DNA of 64,000 bases from the human T2T-CHM13v2.0 reference genome, Homo sapiens: assembly GCF_009914755.1 (NCBI RefSeq), contig NC_060944.1; one strand, 5' to 3'. The position numbers and the translations under genes are program-made. Positions 56,201-64,000 of this stretch are shown here, piece by piece; position 1 is the first letter of the stretch; the number at the start of each line of letters is the position of its first letter. The notes below the pieces were generated by a model that was given only the letters and a program-made list of their open reading frames with translations, was not told where the DNA came from and searched no databases.

Positions 56201-59200
56201 GAGCTACAAATATCCACTCGCAGATTCCGTAAAAAGAGAGATTCAAAACTGCTGAATCAAAAGATAGGTTCAACACTGTGACTTCAGTGCACACCTCACA
56301 AAGAAGTTTCTCAGAATGCTTCTTTGTAGTTTTGATATGAAGATATCTCCTTCTCCAAAATAGATCTCAAAGCCCTCCAAATATTCACTTCCAGATTCTA
56401 TGGAAAGAGTCTCAAAACTGCTCAGTCAAAATAAAGGTAGAACTCTGTGAGAAGAATGCACACATCACAAAGAAGTTTCTCAGAATATATTTGTGTAGTT
56501 TTTATTTGAGGATAGTTCCTTTTCTACCATAGGCTGCAAAGGGCTCCAAATATCCACTTGCAGATGGTACAAAGAGAGAGATTCTAAACTGCTCAATCAA
56601 AAGGTAGTTTCAACCCTGTGATATGAATGCACACATCCCAGAGAAGTTTCTCAAAATGCTTCTGTTTAGTTTTTATTTGAAGATATTTCCTTTTCCACCA
56701 TACGCCTCAAAGGTCTCCAAATATCCACATGCTGCTTCTACAAAAAGAGAGATTAAAAAATGTTCTATCAAAATATAGGTTCAACTCTGTGAGTTGAATG
56801 CGCACATCACAAAAAGTTTCTCAGAATGCTTCTGTGTAGTTTTTACGTGAAGATATCTCCTTTTCCACAATAGGCCTCAAAGCTCTCCAAATATCCGCAA
56901 GCAGAGTCTACAAAAAGAGAGATTCAAAACTGCTCAATGAAAAGATAGGTTCAACTCTGTGAGATGAGTGCACATCTCACAAAGAAGTTCCTCAGAATGC
57001 TTCTGTGTAGTTTTTATGTGAAGATATTTCCTTTTCCAAAATAGACCTCAAAGTCCTCCAAATATCCACTTCCAGACTCTATAAAAAGGTGTTTCAAAAC
57101 TACTCAATCAAAAGAAAGGTTCAACTATATGAGATAAATGCACACATCACAAAATGGTTTCTCAGAATGCTTCTGTGTAGTTTTTATTTGAAGATATTTT
57201 CTTTTCCACCATGGGCCACAAAGGGCTACTAAAACCCACTTGCAGATTCTACAAAAAGAGAGATTCAAAACGGCTCAATCAAAAGATAGGCTCTCCCCTG
57301 TGAATTGAATGCACACATCACAAAGAAGTTTCTCAGAATGTTTCTGTGTAGTTTTTTTTTTGAAGATATTTCCTTTTCCACAATAGGCCTCAAAGCTCTC
57401 CAAACATCCATTGCTAATTCTTCAAAAAGATCGCTTCAACACTGCTCTATAAAAAGGAAGTTTCAACTCCATTAGATGACTGCACACATCACAAAGAAGT
57501 TTCTCAGAATGCCTCTGTGTAGTTTGTATGTGAAGATATTTCCTTTTCCACAGTAGGCCACAAAGGGCTCCAAATATCTACTTGCAGAATCTTCAAAAAG
57601 AGTGTTTCAAAAGTTCTCAATCAAAAGAAAAGTTAAACTCCATGAGATGAATGCATACATCACAAAGAAAGTTCTGAGAATGCTTCTGTCTTGTTTTTAT
57701 GTGAAGATATTTGATTCTCTCCTGTAGGCAACAAGGCGCTCCAAATATCCACTTTCAGATACTACAAAAAGAGTGTTTTGAAACTGCTCAATCATATGAT
57801 AGGTTCAACCTTGTGAGATGAATGCCCACATCACAAAGTAGCTTCTCAGAATGTTTTTGTGTAGTTTTTATTTGAAGATATTTCCTTTTCCACCATAGGC
57901 CACAAAGGGCTCCAAACTTCCACTTGCAGATTCTACAAAAAGAGAGATTCAAAGCTGTTCAATCAAAAGATAGTTTCAACTCTGCGTGTTGAATGCACAA
58001 ATCACAAAGTAGTTTCTCTGAATGCTTCTGTGTTGTGTTTGTTTATGTGAAGATATTTGCTTTTCCACTATAGGGCAAAATAGGGCTCCAAATATCCACT
58101 TGCAGATTCTGCAAAAAGGGAGATTCAAAACTGTACAATCAAAAGATAAGTTCAAATATGTGAGTTGAATGCACACAAAACAAAGAAGTTTCTCAGAATA
58201 CCTCTGTGTAGTTTTTAGGTGAATATATTTGATTTTCCACAGTAGGCCTCAAAGGGCTCCAAATATCCACTTTCAGATTCTGAAATAAGAAAGATTCAAA
58301 ACTGCTCAATCAAACGATAGGTTCAAATCTGTGAGTTGAATGCACACCTCACAAAGAAGTTTCTCATAAAGTTTCTGTGTAGTTTTTATGTGAAGATATC
58401 TCCTTCTCCAAAATAGGCCCCAATGACCTCCAAATATGCACTTCCAGATTCCATGACAATAGTGCTTCAAAACTGCTCAATCCAAAGAAATGTTCAACAC
58501 TGTGTGATGAATGCACTCATCACAAAGAAGTTTCTCTGAATGCTTCTGTGTATTTTGTATTTGAAGATATTTCCTCTTCCACCATAGGGCTCATAGGGCT
58601 CCAAATATCCACTTGCAGATTCTACAAAAAGAGTATTCCAAAACTGCTCAATCAAAAGAAACGTCTAAAACTGTGAGATGAATGCACACATCACAAAGTA
58701 GTTTCTCAGAATGCTTCAGTGTAGTTTTTATGTGAAGACATTAGCTTGTCCACGGAAGGTCTCAAAGCGCTCCAAATATCCACTTGCAGATTCTACAAAA
58801 TGAGTGTTTCAAAACTGCTCAATCATTAGATAGGTTCAACCCTGTGAGATGAATGCACACATAACAAAGAAGTTTTTCAGAATGCTTCTATGTAGTTTTT
58901 ATTTGAAGGTATTTCCTTTACCACCATAGGTTGCAAGGGGCTCCAAATATCCACTTGCAGATTCTACAAAAAGAGAGATTCTAAACTGCTCAATCAACAG
59001 ATACCTTCAACAATGTGAGATGAATGCACACATCACAAATAAGTTTCACAGAATGCTTCTGGGTAGTTTTTATGTGAAGAAATTTCCCTTTCCACAATAG
59101 GCCTCAAAACGCTCTAAATATCCACTTGCAGATTCTAAAAAAAGAGTGTTTCAAAACTGCTCAATCCAAAGAAAGGTTCTACTGTATGAGATGAATGCAC

Positions 59201-62200
59201 ACATCACAAAGTACTTTCTCAGAATGCTTCTGCATAGTTTTTCTGTGAAGATATTTCCTTCTCCACTATAGGCCTCAAAAGGCTCCAAATATCCACTTGC
59301 GGATTCTAAAAAAAGAGTGTTTCAAAACTGCTGTATCAAAACAAAGATTCAACTCTGTGAGATGAATGCACAGATCGCAAAGAAGTTTCTCAGAATGCTT
59401 CTGTGTAGTTTTTATGTGAAGATATTTGTTTTTCCACAGTAGGCCCCAATGAGCTCCAAATATCCACTTGCAGATTCTACAAAAAGAGTGTTTCAAAACT
59501 GCTCAATCAACAGAGACATTCAACTCTGTGAGATGAATGCACCCATCACAAAGAAGTTTCTCAGAATGCTTCTGTGTAGTTTTTGTGTGAAGATATTTCA
59601 TTTTCCACAGTACGCCTCAAAGCGCTCCAAATATCCACTCGCAGGTTCTGTAAAAAGAGAGATTCAAAACTGCTGAATCAAAAGATAGGTTCAACACTGT
59701 GACTTCAGTGCACAACTCACAAAGGAGTTTCTCAGAAATCTTCTGTGTAGTTTTTATATGAAGATATCTCCTTCTCCAAAACAGAACTCAAAGCCCTCCA
59801 AATATTCACTTCCAGACTGTACGGAAAGATTGTGTCAAAACTGCTAAATCAAAACAAAGGTTCAACTCTGTGATGAATGCACTCATCAGAAAGAAGGTTC
59901 TCTGAATGCTTCTGTGTAGTTTCTATTTGAAGATATTTCCTTTTCCACTCTAGGGCGAAATAGGGCTCCAAATATTCACTTGCAGATTCTACGAAAAGAG
60001 AGATTCTAAACTGCTCAATCAACAGATACGTTCAACAACTTGAGTTGAATGCACACATCACAAATAAGTTTCACAGAATGCTTCTGGGTAGTTTTTATTT
60101 GAAGAAATTTCCCTTTCCACAATAGGCCTCAAATCGCTCTAAATATCCATTTGCAGATTCTACAAAAAGAGTGTTTCAAAACTGCTCAATCAAAAGAAAG
60201 GTTCTACTCTGTGAGGTGAATGCACGCATCACAAAGTGGTTTCTCAGAATGCTTCTGCATAGTTTTTATGTGAAGATATTTCCTTCTCCACCATAGGCCT
60301 CAAAAGGCTCCAAATATCCACTTGCAGATTCTAAAAAAAGAGTGTTTCAAAACTGCTCAATCCAAAGAAAGGTTCTACTCTGTGAGATGAATGCACACAT
60401 CACAAAGTAGTTTCTCAGAATGCTTCTGCATAGTTTTTATGTGAAGATATTTCCTTCTCCACTATAGGCCTCAAAAGGCTCCAAATATCCACTTGCAGAT
60501 TCTGAAAAAAGAGTGTTTCAAAACTGCTGTGTCAAAAGAAAGATTCAACTCTGTTAGATGAATGCACAGATCACAAAGAAGTTTCTCAGGATGCTTCTGT
60601 GTAGTTTTTATGTGAAGATATTTGTTTTTCCACAGTAGGCCCCAATGAGCTACAAATATCCACTCGCAGATTCCGTAAAAAGAGAGATTCAAAACTGCTG
60701 AATCAAAAGATAGGTTCAACACTGTGACTTCAGTGCACACCTCACAAAGAAGTTTCTCAGAATGCTTCTTTGTAGTTTTGATATGAAGATATCTCCTTCT
60801 CCAAAATAGATCTCAAAGCCCTCCAAATATTCACTTCCAGATTCTATGGAAAGAGTCTCAAAACTGCTCAGTCAAAATAAAGGTAGAACTCTGTGAGAAG
60901 AATGCACACATCACAAAGAAGTTTCTCAGAATATATTTGTGTAGTTTTTATTTGAGGATAGTTCCTTTTCTACCATAGGCTGCAAAGGGCTCCAAATATC
61001 CACTTGCAGATGGTACAAAGAGAGAGATTCTAAACTGCTCAATCAAAAGGTAGTTTCAACCCTGTGATATGAATGCACACATCCCAGAGAAGTTTCTCAA
61101 AATGCTTCTGTTTAGTTTTTATTTGAAGATATTTCCTTTTCCACCATACGCCTCAAAGGTCTCCAAATATCCACATGCTGCTTCTACAAAAAGAGAGATT
61201 AAAAAATGTTCTATCAAAATATAGGTTCAACTCTGTGAGTTGAATGCGCACATCACAAAAAGTTTCTCAGAATGCTTCTGTGTAGTTTTTACGTGAAGAT
61301 ATCTCCTTTTCCACAATAGGCCTCAAAGCTCTCCAAATATCCGCAAGCAGAGTCTACAAAAAGAGAGATTCAAAACTGCTCAATGAAAAGATAGGTTCAA
61401 CTCTGTGAGATGAGTGCACATCTCACAAAGAAGTTCCTCAGAATGCTTCTGTGTAGTTTTTATGTGAAGATATTTCCTTTTCCAAAATAGACCTCAAAGT
61501 CCTCCAAATATCCACTTCCAGACTCTATAAAAAGGTGTTTCAAAACTACTCAATCAAAAGAAAGGTTCAACTATATGAGATAAATGCACACATCACAAAA
61601 TGGTTTCTCAGAATGCTTCTGTGTAGTTTTTATTTGAAGATATTTTCTTTTCCACCATGGGCCACAAAGGGCTACTAAAACCCACTTGCAGATTCTACAA
61701 AAAGAGAGATTCAAAACGGCTCAATCAAAAGATAGGCTCTCCCCTGTGAATTGAATGCACACATCACAAAGAAGTTTCTCAGAATGTTTCTGTGTAGTTT
61801 TTTTTTTGAAGATATTTCCTTTTCCACAATAGGCCTCAAAGCTCTCCAAACATCCATTGCTAATTCTTCAAAAAGATCGCTTCAACACTGCTCTATAAAA
61901 AGGAAGTTTCAACTCCATTAGATGACTGCACACATCACAAAGAAGTTTCTCAGAATGCCTCTGTGTAGTTTGTATGTGAAGATATTTCCTTTTCCACAGT
62001 AGGCCACAAAGGGCTCCAAATATCTACTTGCAGAATCTTCAAAAAGAGTGTTTCAAAAGTTCTCAATCAAAAGAAAAGTTAAACTCCATGAGATGAATGC
62101 ATACATCACAAAGAAAGTTCTGAGAATGCTTCTGTCTTGTTTTTATGTGAAGATATTTGATTCTCTCCTGTAGGCAACAAGGCGCTCCAAATATCCACTT

Positions 62201-64000
62201 TCAGATACTACAAAAAGAGTGTTTTGAAACTGCTCAATCATATGATAGGTTCAACCTTGTGAGATGAATGCCCACATCACAAAGTAGCTTCTCAGAATGT
62301 TTTTGTGTAGTTTTTATTTGAAGATATTTCCTTTTCCACCATAGGCCACAAAGGGCTCCAAACTTCCACTTGCAGATTCTACAAAAAGAGAGATTCAAAG
62401 CTGTTCAATCAAAAGATAGTTTCAACTCTGCGTGTTGAATGCACAAATCACAAAGTAGTTTCTCTGAATGCTTCTGTGTTGTGTTTGTTTATGTGAAGAT
62501 ATTTGCTTTTCCACTATAGGGCAAAATAGGGCTCCAAATATCCACTTGCAGATTCTGCAAAAAGGGAGATTCAAAACTGTACAATCAAAAGATAAGTTCA
62601 AATATGTGAGTTGAATGCACACAAAACAAAGAAGTTTCTCAGAATACCTCTGTGTAGTTTTTAGGTGAATATATTTGATTTTCCACAGTAGGCCTCAAAG
62701 GGCTCCAAATATCCACTTTCAGATTCTGAAATAAGAGAGATTCAAAACTGCTCAATCAAACGATAGGTTCAAATCTGTGAGTTGAATGCACACCTCACAA
62801 AGAAGTTTCTCATAAAGTTTCTGTGTAGTTTTTATGTGAAGATATCTCCTTCTCCAAAATAGGCCTCAATGACCTCCAAATATGCACTTCCAGATTCCAT
62901 GACAATAGTGCTTCAAAACTGCTCAATCCAAAGAAATGTTCAACACTGTGTGATGAATGCACTCATCACAAAGAAGTTTCTCTGAATGCTTCTGTGTATT
63001 TTGTATTTGAAGATATTTCCTCTTCCACCATAGGGCTCATAGGGCTCCAAATATCCACTTGCAGATTCTACAAAAAGAGTATTCCAAAACTGCTCAATCA
63101 AAAGAAACGTCTAAAACTGTGAGATGAATGCACACATCACAAAGTAGTTTCTCAGAATGCTTCAGTGTAGTTTTTATGTGAAGACATTAGCTTGTCCACG
63201 GAAGGTCTCAAAGCGCTCCAAATATCCACTTGCAGATTCTACAAAATGAGTGTTTCAAAACTGCTCAATCATTAGATAGGTTCAACCCTGTGAGATGAAT
63301 GCACACATAACAAAGAAGTTTTTCAGAATGCTTCTATGTAGTTTTTATTTGAAGGTATTTCCTTTACCACCATAGGTTGCAAGGGGCTCCAAATATCCAC
63401 TTGCAGATTCTACAAAAAGAGAGATTCTAAACTGCTCAATCAACAGATACCTTCAACAATGTGAGATGAATGCACACATCACAAATAAGTTTCACAGAAT
63501 GCTTCTGGGTAGTTTTTATGTGAAGAAATTTCCCTTTCCACAATAGGCCTCAAAACGCTCTAAATATCCACTTGCAGATTCTAAAAAAAGAGTGTTTCAA
63601 AACTGCTCAATCCAAAGAAAGGTTCTACTGTATGAGATGAATGCACACATCACAAAGTACTTTCTCAGAATGCTTCTGCATAGTTTTTATGTGAAGATAT
63701 TTCCTTCTCCACTATAGGCCTCAAAAGGCTCCAAATATCCACTTGCGGATTCTAAAAAAAGAGTGTTTCAAAACTGCTGTATCAAAACAAAGATTCAACT
63801 CTGTGAGATGAATGCACAGATCGCAAAGAAGTTTCTCAGAATGCTTCTGTGTAGTTTTTATGTGAAGATATTTGTTTTTCCACAGTAGGCCCCAATGAGC
63901 TCCAAATATCCACTTGCAGATTCTACAAAAAGAGTGTTTCAAAACTGCTCAATCAACAGAGACATTCAACTCTGTGAGATGAATGCACCCATCACAAAGA
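38213..64000 (-). repeat. 26-mer alpha-satellite HOR array, 4446-bp period, ~5.8 copies (runs off the window end)
   Basis: ORFs recur at exactly +4446 (38241, 42687, 47133, 51579, 56025, 60471), and 4446 = 26 x 171. I counted 26 monomer anchors between 38213 and 42659. Confidence 0.97.
40098..40114 (-). other. pJ-alpha box (A-type monomer motif), repeated every 4446 bp; degenerate versions occupy the same slot in other monomers
   Basis: 'ttccttttccaccatag' is the reverse complement of CTATGGTGGAAAAGGAA, which fits the pJ-alpha consensus CTAYGGTGRAAAAGGAA. It sits at the position where B-type monomers carry the CENP-B box. Confidence 0.7.

Larger units (their letters stand above)
1..64000 (-). 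repeat. Alpha-satellite (alphoid) tandem array, ~171-bp monomers, pericentromeric/centromeric
   Basis: Motifs 'tcacaaagaagtttctcagaatgcttctg', 'ctccaaatatccacttgcagattctacaaaaagagtgtttcaaaactgctc' and 'ttcaactctgtgagatgaatgcacac' recur every ~171 bp from end to end. They are the reverse complement of the alphoid consensus (CATTCTCAGAAACTTCTTTGTGA...). No orientation switch or non-alphoid insert seen. Confidence 0.99.

Noticed and set aside
397-63942. All ORFs of 62-119 aa in the ORF track (e.g. MFQNCSINRDIQLCEMNAHITKKF..., MKHSFCRICKWIFG...)
   Set aside because: They are chance open frames of the 171-bp (57-codon) monomer. They overlap on both strands, recur with the HOR period, and show no recognisable domain or gene structure. 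Cys/His richness reflects TGT/CAC satellite motifs, not zinc fingers.
1-64000. CRISPR-like alternation of conserved and variable segments
   Set aside because: The variable segments are homologous diverged parts of the alphoid monomer rather than unique spacers. There are no cas genes and the DNA is a eukaryotic satellite.

Overview
The whole window is primate centromeric alpha-satellite DNA: ~171-bp monomers, all in one orientation (reverse complement of the conventional consensus). I saw no genes, transposons, inversions or canonical CENP-B boxes, and all listed ORFs are satellite artefacts. Two higher-order repeat (HOR) arrays abut. The first (1-~37000) is an 18-mer HOR of 3075 bp built from related sub-blocks of 7+6+5 monomers, with one 30-monomer variant copy (27682-32805) carrying relic sequence. 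A rearranged transition zone (~36700-38275) leads into a 26-mer HOR of 4446 bp (~38213-64000), made of ~11 monomers shared with the 18-mer plus ~15 more divergent monomers. From memory, and unverified here, this resembles the inactive CENP-B-box-free (SF4-type) 18-mer and 25/26-mer HORs of human chromosome 15. I found no support for a new protein-coding system; the interesting signal is how the HORs evolved.
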